A stretch of 64,000 bases of DNA, taken from positions 6,450,001 to 6,514,000 of the forward strand of contig NC_087246.1 in NCBI RefSeq assembly GCF_037042905.1, given 5' to 3'. This DNA is from Lytechinus pictus (taxonomy: Eukaryota). Positions within the stretch are counted from its first letter, which is position 1. Every line of letters starts with the position of its first letter. Below the pieces are notes generated by a model. The model made no database searches and was not told where the DNA came from. It saw nothing but the letters and a program-made list of their open reading frames with translations. This document shows, one piece after another, positions 22,200-35,904 of the stretch. A program made the translations under genes and the position numbers.

Positions 22200-23060
22200 C
22201 AGTGCTATCCTTTTTTCCTCAATTTGATTTCTTACTAAAATGTCTTTTACTTCTTGGTTATTATGAGGTATATTTTTCTTTTTGGTTTGAAATATTTACC
22301 TAACAGAATTACATGATTTAATAAATACGTCTTCCCTATAATTATCTACATCACCCAAGGGTGTACCAAAAATATTCCTTCCCAGACCTGTCTAGTTCCT
22401 TTAAACAGGGTAAGTTAAGAGCGTCATTACAAGCTATCCATAATATATAGCGAACGACTAATCATAAAATAAAGTGACAGTATGTTTCTACTTCTTTTTG
22501 ACAAAAGGAGCAGAGATCCGTGAAAATCATGCCTAAACGAAATAAATCCCGATTCGTGTAAATAATCCCGTGCAACAATTTGAACTGAAATTCCCACAGC
22601 TTACTATTCAAAGTACATTTTCTTGGCCTAACAAAAATGTTTTCAATATATCTAATAGATAAACTGAATGAATCTTTTAACCGATTAATTACAGGAGTGA
22701 CTTCTAATTTATAGTCCTATATAATCTTTCTGACACGAGTTCACTTACATCGACAACGGTCCGAAACATTGAATGAAATTTCTTCCAGATCTATTTCCCT
22801 TGATATACAGTATATATTTTTTTCTGTGAAATACATTTGCCTTTTCCAAACGGGTAGAATTTTCTCAAATAAATGTTTTATCTGTGTTATATTCCATGAA
22901 GTGAGACCTTTACTTTTGAACTTGTTTTCAATTCACCATCTTTATCTGCAATATGTTTCAACGAATTCAACCAGAATATACCTTTCGATATAAGATCTGC
23001 ATGATAAAAATTTAATCCTTGAAAACATTATGTTATTGTTCAACATGTTCAAGGGGAGAT
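22200..23060 (-). pseudogene. Decayed L1/Tx1-type LINE ORF2 C-terminal fragment
   Basis: Minus-strand translation of about 22627-22466 gives PRKCTLNSKLWEFQFKLLHGIIYTNRDLFRLGMIFTDLCSFCQKEVETYCHFIL, the zf-RVT-type Cys motif of L1/Tx1 ORF2. Surrounding frames are broken. Its 3' UTR may continue beyond the 19255-22040 insertion to about 18805. Boundaries are approximate. Confidence 0.7.
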
Positions 23061-26000
23061 GATCTACTGCCCTCCCCCCACGCACACACTTTAACCTTGA
23101 CTTTACGGATCGACACCTGTGGTATACTAGGCCCTAATTTTATTACTATCTTCTAGTGACTAAAAGTCTTTTTAAAGATAATTTTAGCTCAATTATCATG
23201 ATTATTTATATTCAAGTTGCAACTATTCGACTATTTAAAAATGACACTTAAACTAATAACTCTGTTGGGGGTGAAACCCCATTGGGTTGGGTCAGAAATT
23301 TTGAAACAATTCAATCAATTCACTCTTTGTGCCCCCTTTTCGCCCCCGTCGACTATGAATCCCCAAGCATGGTACTAATCTGACTAGTAATGGGGTAAGC
23401 ACAAATTTGTATTATTTCAAGATAATTTATCAAATAAACCTATCAGGTAAGTTAGAAGAGTGAGTCACAGATCAATTTAGGTGGGAGGTAAGAGGGGACC
23501 ACAAAAAATACAATTGAAATGTTGGAATGAAAGAGACGGAGAGAGAGAGAAAAAAAAAAGTATCACGGTCGAGTGAGCGTCTATAGAGGGAAACCCTGTG
23601 CGATTGTATTATTATAAGATATTCCGCAGTTGCAGGAAAACGGAACGAAAACTACAGTATTATAAGATGTATTTGTGTATTGTGTTGTAGCTCAAAGCAT
23701 ATTCACAAATATGCTAGATATACAAGAGAGAAATGGGACGCCGATCGCTAATACAAATATAGCTATTGAAGCCTGGTATTGAAGTGGAATTATCACGACC
23801 TCTGCCTTCCACACAGCAGGGTTCTTGGATAATTGGTGTTCTGTAAATGGGAGAAAGTTGGGAAAACCGTGAATCATGGGTGATAGTAATACTATTAGGG
23901 TCATTTAGTAGAAATCGGCGCCCAGTTGGCAAAACTCACGCCTAGGTCGTACAGCCTTGACGGAAAACTTACCTTTGACCGCCGTGGCATCGCTATTGGA
24001 CCTACATGATGATGTGCGCGCCACTCTACATGCATGCAAAAGCTGCATTGATATATCCTCTTCCTGACTTGTTTTGGGTCTCCACCATAATCGTATTACA
24101 GTCATAATCGTCGGAGTGATTAAGCCCAGTGAATGCTTGTCTGCTACGTAGTACAAAATAGTAAGTATGTCATAGTGTAAGTATGCTATTCGTGTAATGC
24201 ATGTATTGTTATTATTGCCTCTCTTTATAGTTTTAAAATGTGGTTCCGAATAATAATTATTGTTAGGGACAATTTATTTGTTTTTATTGTGGCTTGCTTA
24301 ATCATTCATTAATTTCACTTTTCCTTCTCTTTCTTCCACCCCATCCTCTCTGTCTCTCCCCCCCCCCCCTCTCTCTCTCTCTCTCTGTGACTTGATCTCC
24401 TTTTCTCTTCGTTTCTAAATCATAAATAGGGAAATTAATAGAAAATACAGAAATGGGATGAACTAAAGTTGAAAATAAATTTTGTGAACAGGTATAATGT
24501 AATGTGTCTCGTATGGTGCGAGTGTAAATTGTGATGTGAATGTTGGTGTTCCTGGGATACAATTTTTTTTTTGGTACTAGTTCTTTATATTTCCCCTTCT
24601 CTTGTAACAATCTGTTTTGCATTTCCTTGTTTTTACGGTACCTTATTTTGCGGAAAACTATATTTTCATTAACATATTTTCATATTATGTTTGTTTGTGT
24701 ATGTGTGTGGATATTTTGGGTGTGTGTATGTGTGAATTTTGTTTTCTGCATATCGTTCATGAATGTTAATTTTCATACATTATTATGTTTACTTTTCTTA
24801 GTATAATAATGTATATTTTTAGGCATTTCATTCCACGGTTTTTATTTGCTTCAGTTTTGGTAATTATTTTTTGTATATTCTTGTTGATGTAAAATGAAGA
24901 AATGTAAATTTGGATTCACCTTGAGTTTATGTAAATTATTTTAATGAAATGCTTAATTTAAACAAAAGTTGAAAAGAGAGTGCGTGTGGGTTTGTGGGTA
25001 GGTGGGGTGTGCGCATGGGTGTGTGTGTGGATATAATACCTCATGGTAATGTGCATCTATAAAAGGCATTTTATATTTTTATCTAAATTGTATAGGCTTA
25101 TATCTACCCGTTTGTGATTTTATTTTTTATCAGATGTCTTTTTAGGATGTTTTAATATTTGGAAAAATGAATAACTAAATAATAAATTAAATACATTAAA
25201 AGGTTTTTCGTGTTAAACGGATGTATACATATCAAAGTAGATATTGATCAATAATGGGTCCAAACTACCATATGTGATAACCCCTTAGCTTGTGAAAAAT
25301 AAAGTATTATTTTTCCTAATCTAAGAGAACAAAAAATAAATTTTGTATTTAGACCAAGGTGACGGTTTGAAGAAAATGAAACTAATTTGAAAGGAAGTTT
25401 AACTAGTATGATGGCCTTTTCAAATTAGATCCTTCTGCGTTTATTCAGATATCTTGTATAAACAATACATGATTAACATAATTATTGACATTATCGTTGG
25501 CACTTGGTGACGGACATAAACTCAAGTTTTGTTTATAAGTGAGTATAATGACTATCATAACTTTTGTGATAATTGACTTTCCAAGGTTTAAGTATCCATT
25601 GGAAAATAGCATTTTAAATGCGCCTCAATGGAGTCGCATTTTGCATTGTAATGACAATGGGGTGATGATATCCTAATAATGCTAATGATAATCGCTTATA
25701 TACGATATGAAATTCCCAATTAAAAAAATGGACAATAAAAATTACCAAAAAAAAATAAGAAATAAGCGTAAGAAACATCGCAAAATGCACTCTAAACAAT
25801 GAAAGTATCCGAGGATCCCTTGAGATTTATGTTAAAAAATGACTAAATTCTAGACAGAAAGACCCTGATTAAAGTATTCTTGTCCAGGATCAGTATCTTT
25901 GTTTTCTTCCAAATAATAATTCTCTTCATTTTCAAAGAAGTGATTAGTGTGGACTTGAGAAAATGATTGAGAACATTGTTCGTTCTTAGGTAAACTCAAA

Positions 26001-26933
26001 GTGATACCTCAATGTGTATTAATATCACCTATGTCATGACAATTTTCATCTTCATCTAAAATTGAACTGAAATTTCAATGGATTAAATAACTCATGACCG
26101 TTTCATCGTGACAAAGTAAGAATTGAAATCAATGACTGTTATAAACACCCATCATCATGGCCATTATTGTAAGGCCTATGTCATGGAGCATGCCCTGTAA
26201 AACAGAATGTTCCCAGATGCTCATAATTAACAGGCAAATATTTACAATATACAGCTTCGAAGTGACACAGTAAGCAGGCTTCCTTTTTAATAACCATATT
26301 CTTCTTGGCGAGCAGATCTAATGGGTTCGAAAATTCATCAGTTTTTACTTGAAACTCGCTCAAGGCCACAAGCGTAAATTAAGGTTTATTGGTAAGCTAA
26401 TTTTTCATCGAAATCTAGGAGCTAATTTTGATAAGTGCTAGCCATTTTCATGATATTTTTCATCATTTTCCAGTTAACACCGTTACAAAATAAACAGTTA
26501 AATCTCGCAGACATTCTAAACTCATAAGACAGGAGCTCTGTTCGTCATTTTTTTCAAAATTCAATACTATAACATTACTTTAGAATCCAAAGTAGAACAG
26601 GTGTATACCAAATTTATCATGGTTTATAATTCTCACGAGCTCAGACTATATTCGTGTTGATATGTATTATCTGCATATTTAATCGGTAAATAGACACACC
26701 AACTGGACAAATATTACTCACCGTACACTTGAAGAGAAACGAAGACAGGTGACCCCCCTCCCCCATTCCCACATTGTATATTTTACCATCATTGATAATG
26801 TGTTCTTTTTTGTAGAATGTTGTACTGTATTTTAGTGTGTGTGAGATATGAAAAGAAACCAAACTGAAACTGAAGTATTGAAAAAGAATTAAAAGAAATG
26901 CAGAATTATTAAAAAACACATGATTTCTTTTAA

Positions 26934-27514
26934 AGGGATGGTTCAGGCTGGAGATATTTATAGCTCAATAAATAGAGTAAAATTCACAAAGCAAAATGCT
27001 GAAAATTATATCAAAATCGGATAACAAAGTTATTGAATTTTAAATATTTGCATTATTCCGGTGAAACAGTTCTAAGCATGTCTTAATGAATATTCATTAG
27101 GTGGCCTGATGATGTCATATCCCCACTTGTTCTTTTGTATTTTATTATAGGAAATAAGGTTTATTCAAAATATTTCTACCGAGAACTAAAATAATTTGAA
27201 TGACAACTGATTAAGTGCATTAGTTATTTATTGCCGCAACTTATTTCATCATAATAGAGACACGTCATTTACACATGTATGAAAAATGAAACAATTATGA
27301 TTTCATGTAATAGCATAAGAAAAGGGAAAGTGGGGATATGACATCATCAGCCCATGACGATGTGCATATAACTGTTTTCACAAAATATTGATAAACTTTA
27401 AAATTCAATAACTCCGTTATCTGTTATCCGATTTTAGTAAAATTTTCAGCATTTTGCTCTGTTGATTTTACTCTATTTATTCAGATATAAATATTTTCAG
27501 CCCGGACCATCCCT
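26934..27514. mobile_element. Kolobok-like TTAA MITE (largely palindromic)
   Basis: TTAA|AGGGATGGTTCAGGCTG ... CAGCCCGGACCATCCCT|TTAA with long imperfect internal inverted symmetry (ATCAAAATCGGATAACA / TGTTATCCGATTTT; GATGATGTCATATCCCCACTT / AAGTGGGGATATGACATCATC). Confidence 0.85.
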
Positions 27515-29674
27515 TTAAGGTTCCATTTGTACCTTTCATATGCAAAAGATTGGTAAATACTGCGTAAGTATTTATGATTTATCTGTCAGTACCATAATAA
27601 ATGCTGCTAACGTTACAATGTTGTCACGCAGATTCTTGTTCTAGACAACGGCTGATTGCCAGCTATTATACAGTTACACCAAGTAATCAATTATAATCAA
27701 TTATGAGATGACCCGTGACATGCTAATTCAAACACTCCTTTCGACCCTGTCAGTGGTTTAGACTTCAAGATTAAGATAACTCCTTGTGTGTAGTGAAATA
27801 GAAGTCAAACCAATGTGCACTGCCGTTAATGTTCATTGTTTTGTCATATTGATTCTTATCGACATCAGCCATTTTATAATGTATAATTATCATTTCGTGC
27901 TTGGAAACCACATTAGGTGTATTATCAGTAATAATGATAATGACTAATGAGACACATTATAAACCAAATGAATTACAGTGCAGACTAATAAACTCATCTC
28001 CTGCACTGGAACAGTTCATCTCATGTGATATTATAAAATACGTAACTTATCGGATATAGGGTAACTCCCCCCCCCCCCCCCCCCCGTTTGGAGTTTGGGG
28101 GAATGAAAGAGAATTCGGGAAGAGGGAAGTATTGAGGGAAAAGTGAAAGAAAAGTAGAACAAAGATATGTTAAGAGAAAACAAAATATTACAAGGTCGAA
28201 CTAAACTTATGATCTGCGGGAGGAAATATCTCTGTGAAAGTCTTCTCCATCGACATCCAAGAACGATCGGCTATTCAAACTACCTTCTTATGTAAATGGC
28301 ATGGCTCGATGCAGATCCGATGAGGTGGATACGGAAAGGGGGTGATACCTTTAGACACCCCCACACACACCCACACACTCTGAAGAGAGAATAGACTGGA
28401 GGCCCTGTTGGCGATCACCTTTTTTTTTGGGGGGGGGGGGCTTGTCCAAAGTGGCATACAAAATGGGATAATTTTCTGACCCATGGATGAAATCTTGGAT
28501 CCATCACTTGGAACACTTCCCCACCCGGATGGAGCTCATCTCTGGCTTTATGCACTGCACAGATCTTCCTTTGGATGGTCCTTGGGCTGGTACATCCCTT
28601 AAACGTCAGTTTTATAGAACTTGTTATCAATTTTTATTCCTTGTCTTAAAAGGTTTCTCTATGAATAAGATATTGATTAGACGTTGTACAGCTTCATGTG
28701 CGTCAATGAAGCCATACAACATCATCTTTTTTTCTTGAATAAAAATAATTTAGTTGAGATTTACATTCTGGATTCCCATGATTGAGAATCATTTCTCACG
28801 ACATACACGTTCAGACTGCTGTCTTAGCGTTTTCTGTAGCTTATCAGGCTTCAATCATGGACTCATATCAGATCAGAGAAAGAGGGAGAACTCTCTTTTA
28901 AACATATGAGTAATCGAACGCCACACAACCCACCAGGACAACTCAAATAATTTGATTGTGATTATTATGACAATCATGCAAAAAGTGGCAAAAAATCTCC
29001 TTTTCATAAAAAGGTTTTAAAGTAAAAAATGGGGGAAAGGGACATTGAGTGCAAAAAACAGTCGTGTATTGTCAATCAAAATATTCCAAGGCTCTGGTGT
29101 AAAGAGTGTGCACTTCGGACGTTCATTTGACCCTGCGTATTTATACCTGCAAGATATTATGAGAACGCAAGGTCATTTTGTCTGTAAATATGGGTTTTAG
29201 TTTAATATATATTATACGCATGATTAAAGCAGATGGATTTCTAATCGGCCTCAATGGAGAAAGAACTGTAAAATAGGAGGGAAACAGAAAAATAACATGA
29301 AAACTAAATTTCACCAAGAACCTCGATATTTTCAATGAAAATTTTGTATCAACATGATCAACATGGATAGCTATCCCTTGCCCCCCCCCCCACTTTCTTC
29401 ATATTTCTCCTCTCCCCCCTCTCTCTGACCCATTGATCATACTCTCCCCATCTTCTGAAATATATTTGTCTATCAGGCAGTCATTATGGCTTGATTATTT
29501 TACGAGCGTGTATCAATTTCGATTCTTATCACAATTGCGGGTTGATAATGAAGTTCATAAACTTTGAAACATCTCACGATATTGAATTTATGCCTTTCTT
29601 TACCATATGCAGAATTTTAGGCGTGACGTTCGTTCATGTTTATATATATATATATATTAGAAAGTCAAAAAGGG

Positions 29675-29713
29675 GCCTAAGCTTTCGATCCTAGCAGAAT
29701 CTTCGTCGGAGGC
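29675..29713 (-). ncRNA. Candidate minimal type I hammerhead ribozyme (variant core), left arm
   Basis: Exact reverse complement of the motif at 31883-31921. Confidence 0.55.
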
Positions 29714-30605
29714 AAAATGACAAACATATAAAGTGGAACAACCATAATATAGACCACAAACAAGCTACAGCAACACTAAAAACAAGGAGACAAAAGGGGC
29801 ATTAGTGAGTAGAGAAGACCAATCAGGTTAGTGAAGGGGATGAAAGAAAAGGAGTAGGCAGACACAAAGGGAAGTTAGTGTAAGTAAGGCCAAGAGGGAT
29901 TAAGATAATGAGGCAGGCAACATCAAACAGGATCTGGAACAAAACAGTGATAGAGGGATGAATAACTAGAGAATTAGTGAGAGGTGGGTCAAACAGGTTA
30001 CAAAGAAAGGCATAATAAACTGGTGCATAAGAGTAGGGGAAAAAAGGAAAAGAATGGGAAACAACTGATAATGTGCAAAAGACATATAAGTATATGATAA
30101 AGCATTAAACAAACTAAGAGAAGAAGGTAAGTGTAAATATGTATCTATAAGTGATATGTATATAAATATATCCAAAAAAGAAATGTATATGAAAAAATAT
30201 AAATACACATATGGTGTAACTGATATTGTAATCCGCTAGGTGTGATGGGAAAAAAACATTAGGACTATACAGTAGGAAAAAAAAAAACCTGTATATGTGA
30301 AAAAGAGGAAGCAAATTGCCTAAAAAGGTAAAAGCAAATATAGAAGAGAGGGGGTGTATTATGAAGAAATCATAGTATACATGTAAATAAGCAAATGTGG
30401 TAAATCTAAAAGAGGTGAGTGGAGAAAAAAATATATATATATTTAATAATTATTATATCGCCTGAATAAGGAAGGAAAAATTGGAGCTGAGCTTGTATGA
30501 GATATGGGAGGAAAGTAGAGGAAGAAACTATAATGTAACTATTCAAAAGAGCTGAGGAGAAAAATGATATGTATATATAAATTGAAAGTGGATAGGAAAG
30601 AATAA

Positions 30606-30938
30606 TCAGTCGTTCCCCTCTTGGATGTTCAGGCCATGAGGTTGGGTGGTGCGAAGTCGTCTCATCCAGAGCTTCTCTCTGCTAGTACGGACTGAGTCAG
30701 GACGGGTACCTAAAGATTCGATGCCCTGTAGCATCATGTCAGTGATGGAGTGGTTGGGGAGGTTAAAATGGCGGCCAACCGGAGTGTCCAGCTTTGCTGT
30801 GTTGACGGTGGATCTGTGCCCGTAGAATCGTCTCTTGAGTGTGGTCTTGTTTCCCCTATGTATTGTACCATACAAACTCTGCAAGTGATGAGATATACAA
30901 CATTAGTGGTAGTGCATGTTATGTTGCCCTTGATTTGG
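30606..30938 (-). pseudogene. Penelope-like GIY-YIG endonuclease C-terminal fragment with one frameshift
   Basis: QIKGNITCTTTNVVYLITCRVCMVQYIGET, then a frameshift near 30849, then KTTLKRRFYGHRS...PVGRHFNLPNHS...REKLWMRRLRTTQPHGLN*. VVY-YIG, R, H, E and GLN are the hallmarks of PLE GIY-YIG domains. Confidence 0.88.
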
Positions 30939-31882
30939 TGAGACCCAACCTCATGGCCTGAACATCCAAGAGGGGAACGACTGATTATTCTTTCCTATCC
31001 ACTTTCAATTTATATATACATATCATTTTTCTCCTCAGCTCTTTTGAATAGTTACATTATCATTATAGTTTCTTCCTCTACTTTCCTCCCATATCTCATA
31101 CAAGCTCAGCTCCAATTTTTCCTTCCTTATTCAGGCGATATAATAATTATTGAATATATATATTTTTTTTCTCCACTCACCTCTTTTAGATTTACCACAT
31201 TTGCTTATTTACATGTATACTATAGTTTCTTCATAATACACCCCCTCTCTTCTATATTTGCTTTTACCTTTTTAGGCAATTTGCTTCCTCTTTTTCACAT
31301 ATACAGGTTTTTTTTTTTCCTACTGTATAGTCCTATGTTTTTTTCCCGTCACACCTAGCGGATTACAATATCAGTTACACCATATGTGTATTTATATTTT
31401 TTCATATACATTTCTTTTTTGGATATATTTATATACATATCACTTATAGATACATATTTACACTTACCTTCTTCTTTTAGTTTGTTTAATGCTTTATCAT
31501 ATATACTTATATGTCTTTTGCACATTATCAGTTGTTCCCCATTCTTTTCCTTTTTTCCCCTACTCTTATGCACCAGTTTATTATGCCTTTCTTTGTAACC
31601 TGTTTGACCCACCTCTCACTAATTCTCTAGTTATTCATCCCTCTATCACTGTTTTGTTCCAGATCCTGTTTGATGTTGCCTGCCTCATTATCTTAATCCC
31701 TCTTGGCCTTACTTACACTAACTTCCCTTTGTGTCTGCCTACTCCTTTTCTTTCATCCCCTTCACTAACCTGATTGGTCTTCTCTACTCACTAATGCCCC
31801 TTTTGTCTCCTTGTTTCTAGTGTTGCTGTAGCTTGTTTGTGGTCTATATTATGGTTGTTCCACTTTATATGTTTGTCATTTT

Positions 31883-31921
31883 GCCTCCGACGAAGATTCT
31901 GCTAGGATCGAAAGCTTAGGC
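31883..31921 (+). ncRNA. Candidate minimal type I hammerhead ribozyme (variant core), right arm
   Basis: GCCT-CCGACGA-A-GATTC-TGCTA-GGATC-GAAA-GCTT-AGGC. Stem I is GCCT/AGGC, the CUGANGA box reads CCGACGA, stem II is GATTC/GGATC, GAAA follows, and palindromic AAGCTT replaces stem III. Confidence 0.55.
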
Positions 31922-31994
31922 CCCTTTTTTACTTTCTAATTTACTCCATTGGCTCTCCTTTTTTAGATAAGCAGTTTTCAGCAGCTTCTTTTTG

Positions 31995-31995
<1 letters not shown>

Positions 31996-32091
<96 letters not shown>
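31996..32091. repeat. (TA)n microsatellite
   Basis: About 48 perfect TA units. Confidence 0.98.
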
Positions 32092-32092
<1 letters not shown>

Positions 32093-33479
32093 TTTTATAT
32101 TTAGCATATTTTATACCTTTCGCAATATCACATTATGGGTATCATGCTGTTGAGATTTAATATCATGACTTGGGGACATAGCGATTTTTTTCAAATCACT
32201 TGGGTCACGTGTGTAAGTCTTTGACACTGACAACAGTCGTTGACATTGACCATCAATGGAACTAAAAATGTAACACATATTATTTTAGACACACCCTGAC
32301 CAAACAAGTTTAATCACAAAATGCCAACGATATTCCAGCTCTGTGGCAGTGGCGTATATAAGTAACGAAGCCAATTGGCGAATTTTGCTTTTTGTTAAGA
32401 ATTAGGAGTGTTGGCCTTCATGGCTTCAATTGAAAGCTTTATGTCCCTATCATAATCGAAAGCAAACAATATGTTCAGAAAATACAGATGATTGTGTGAA
32501 GTATATTATGTACATGCACTTACATTCTTTTATGTCACTGGGTCGTCTGAAAAGATCTCATAAAAATTGGTTTCAAAGCGAGATATTCATCACAATTTTC
32601 ATATCAGATCAGAGACTACTTTGAAAGGACATTGTCGACTCTACTTACAATTAATCTTCACGTGATATGTAATTCCATTGTATGCGTATATACAGAAAGC
32701 AGCTATTTCACTGTTCAGGTTATCCTATAATTCGAAAGCTGTATAGGGTAGTACAGATGAATGAGTAGAGCCATGCATACATAGGATCCATGCATGCACT
32801 GTGGTATAGTAGATTAATGCCCGTTTCAATTTGCTTTTTTTTTTCTTGATCTAGTCACCATTAAAAACTAACCAACTTACATCGGTAAAATATCTGACAT
32901 ATTTTTCTCTATTTCTTTTCTATATATATTTTTAATGCAGGTAGCTTTAAAATGTTATCAGATCACATACACGTCCAAGGCATGTAAACTGCGATAGGCC
33001 TACATCAATGGTAAGTATATATTAGCTATACGCCAGGGCGGTGCATGGTAGTTTGATTAATTAATGCTGTTTATGGTGACATTATGGTTGGAAAGGTCAC
33101 GATGTGGATATATACAGTACTTAGAGAAAATATTAAATAAGGACAGGTGGGACGTATATATAATACATTCCCAATGAGATACATTCCCAATGAGAGACAT
33201 TCGATGCATTTCCAACTTCCAAGATTGCCAATACCCCTATATATGTAGTTTTTTTTGTTGTTGCAAATATACGTCATGCTGTACACAACGAAGCACTGGT
33301 GCACCTGTCTTGAGAACAAGCTATATTCATTGATAAGGTGTTCTAGGTTCGGGTTGTTTTTTTTTTCTCCCAGGGTGCCATTTCATTCGATTTGAGCGAG
33401 TCGTCAATCAGACCTTCACTAATTGTCATGACCACAAACATGGCCTGCAATATCTAAATAATTACGTCATGTTTAATTT

Positions 33480-33992
33480 TGGTATACGATCATCGTATGC
33501 TGGCTTTGATGTGATCGTATCCTGCTTCTCGAACGATCGCCATAAAGGTGGCATGCGATGATCGTAAGATCTTCGTTATAAGGATTCTCGATTGGGTTAT
33601 CGTATGTTCTACGATGTATTAAGCGAGGAGTAATACTTTTTTTCAAAATCGTAGGATCATAGCCCTTAAATACGTAGCCAGTCGTAAAATGCATGTACGA
33701 TCGCACACGGACATCGTACGTTTTCCGTACAATGTGTGTATTGCTCGTAACACGATAAACGTACGATGGCCGTAACACAAACTTTTAGCCACCGACAATG
33801 CCACCAAAATATCGTAAACTAATCCATCGTACAATGTTCGAAGCAAATGAATACGAGACATAAGAAAGAACAGTGGTCCGTATTGCAAATAGTTGCGATA
33901 TATTAAAAATCAAACTAAAATTACGATCGATAAAAACTTTTGTAATTATTTAAGATATTTTGATCCATCGCAATTATGTGTAAGACTGGGTC
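33480..33992. repeat. CpG-rich degenerate repeat with recurrent ATCGTA/TACGAT motifs (probable old MITE)
   Basis: Dense TCGTA/TACGA motifs against an AT-rich background, ending in TGTAAGACTGGGTCTA. The left end was not resolved. Confidence 0.4.
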
Positions 33993-35197
33993 TAGGTTTC
34001 TTAAATGAGCTATTTATCTGATCTATCCCTTTTCTCATAACGGCCAGTGAAAAGAATTTTATATATCAAATACACGAAACTCCTGTTGCTAGGCAGGTGA
34101 TATACACTTCCTGATGTAAGTAGAAGGAAATACTCTGAATTGCATTATTCTTGATAATGTAAGATTTTACTCATCTCCAAATTCGGTCAATTCTTTATTA
34201 TCACAGGTGGATTTTAATATATTTTTTGAATAATTGTTGGTCTTTACGATTCAAATACATTTCTTGCATAAATGTTTTATTTTTTTATGAATTGTAATTC
34301 TGATATCTTAGGAACTTGTCAGTCGATAGTGGTTTTATAGGCATAAAATGGATGTGATTTTTTTTAAGAATACTGCATTAGATGTCGCCTTATCAATTGA
34401 AATACATGTAGGTCAAGTACATTAATTTGAGAACTCTTTATTAAAATGGTTTCTACACTATACTGAAAAAAAGTTCAAAATGGCACCATTATGGTCTTGG
34501 AGAACCCTTTAAAGGTGTATCTTTGCACCTTTCAAATCGAAAGGGACAATACCTCACCTGTGAATGGTGTTCCCAGTGTATCATGACCATTGCTGGAAAT
34601 TGAAACTACTTGGCGAGTTGAAGGCTAAATTTTTGACCATTTTTTTGTGCAAAAGAATCGACTGCAAACATGATAGTATTGTTTTATTTACCATATCTTT
34701 ATTCCAAATAATTTGAACTCACCTCTGTTGGGTCGCGATCAGATTATATGGATCATTAAATATTATGCACGATTAATACGGGAATAAAAACACAATGAGC
34801 TCATCCAAACAGAACCAGTTTCCCTACTCAGAGATAAGCAGCATAAAGGATGAAAACTATTTGAATAATTTCCCTGATGTAATTTTTTAAACTTTTAAAA
34901 ACAAGATGGCATATCATATTTGTAAACACAGTTGTTTTTTCTTGTTTTTGTGGGTTTTCTTTTTGTTTTTGGAGTGGTTTTATCAGAGGACTTTTTTCGA
35001 CGTGCGTTGATTTTATTCACACTTGAGATTGACTACACTCTTGAAGCAAATAGTTGGGCAAAATTGCCCAAGTCTTAACCAACCCTGGGCAACACACTGT
35101 CCACACAACAGTTTTTATTGGTTGATATCTGCCCAAATTGGGTAATAAAAACTAATAACTGGATAATAAATTTGCTCAATTGGATAATAATTGCCCA

Positions 35198-35243
<46 letters not shown>

Positions 35244-35549
35244 GTGTAAAGTTATACATGTACAACAGCTTTGGCAACTCTTTTATTTAAATACTGTAAA
35301 GAAATGGATGAAGAGAACAATGGTAGGCGTAGCTTAAATCAAGGTTCCCCAGAGCTATCTACCCTTTGGAAAAATTGGTGATGCCGAAAAAATGTATCTA
35401 TATATATATATATATATATATATAGTAAAGAAATGGATGAATGTATGTATGGATGTATAACTTCACACATTTATATATATATATATATATTACCAACATA
35501 CATTCCCCAACACAGTGTACAGTATGTTGCCCATCATTTTATGTGTGTA

Positions 35550-35742
35550 CACTCTTAAAAATGTTGGGCAACATACTGTCCATAACAATTGGTAAAAACT
35601 TTATCCAATTCTGAGTAGTTGTAAACCAATTATGTGTGCTTTGGATGAAAAATACACAGTATTGGTTGAAAACTACCCAGAGTTGGATAAGTTTTTAGCT
35701 AATTGGTGTGTGGACAGTACGTTGTCCAACATTTTAAGAGTG
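35550..35742. mobile_element. Palindromic MITE with CACT termini (EnSpm/CACTA-like)
   Basis: TA|CACTCTTAAAAATGTTGGGCAACATACTGTCCA ... TGGACAGTACGTTGTCCAACATTTTAAGAGTG, with inverted symmetry along most of its length. A degraded relative interrupted by (TA)n lies just upstream (~35036-35547). Confidence 0.75.
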
Positions 35743-35834
35743 AAGTTTCAACCAACCTTTGATTCATGACGATCCCCAGTAAGCGACTCTCTGACACGAA
35801 TGTTTACTGTGTAGCCTAGTATGATTTTATATAA

Positions 35835-35899
<65 letters not shown>
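35835..35899. repeat. Compound (TA)n(GA)n microsatellite
   Basis: Read directly from the sequence. Confidence 0.95.

Positions 35900-35904
<5 letters not shown>

Larger units (their letters stand above)
29656..31995. mobile_element. 5'-truncated Penelope-like retroelement with an inverted pseudo-LTR (foldback), flanked by (TA)n
   Basis: Near-identical inverted arms 29656-30647 and 30943-31940 surround a 295-bp spacer that encodes part of a GIY-YIG domain. Each arm has a hammerhead-like motif. (TA)n tracts flank both sides. Confidence 0.88.

Noticed and set aside
29966..32107. Hydrophobic ORFs in the Penelope arms and the (YI)n ORF at 31916-32107
   Set aside because: Low-complexity pLTR sequence and translation of the (TA)n microsatellite.
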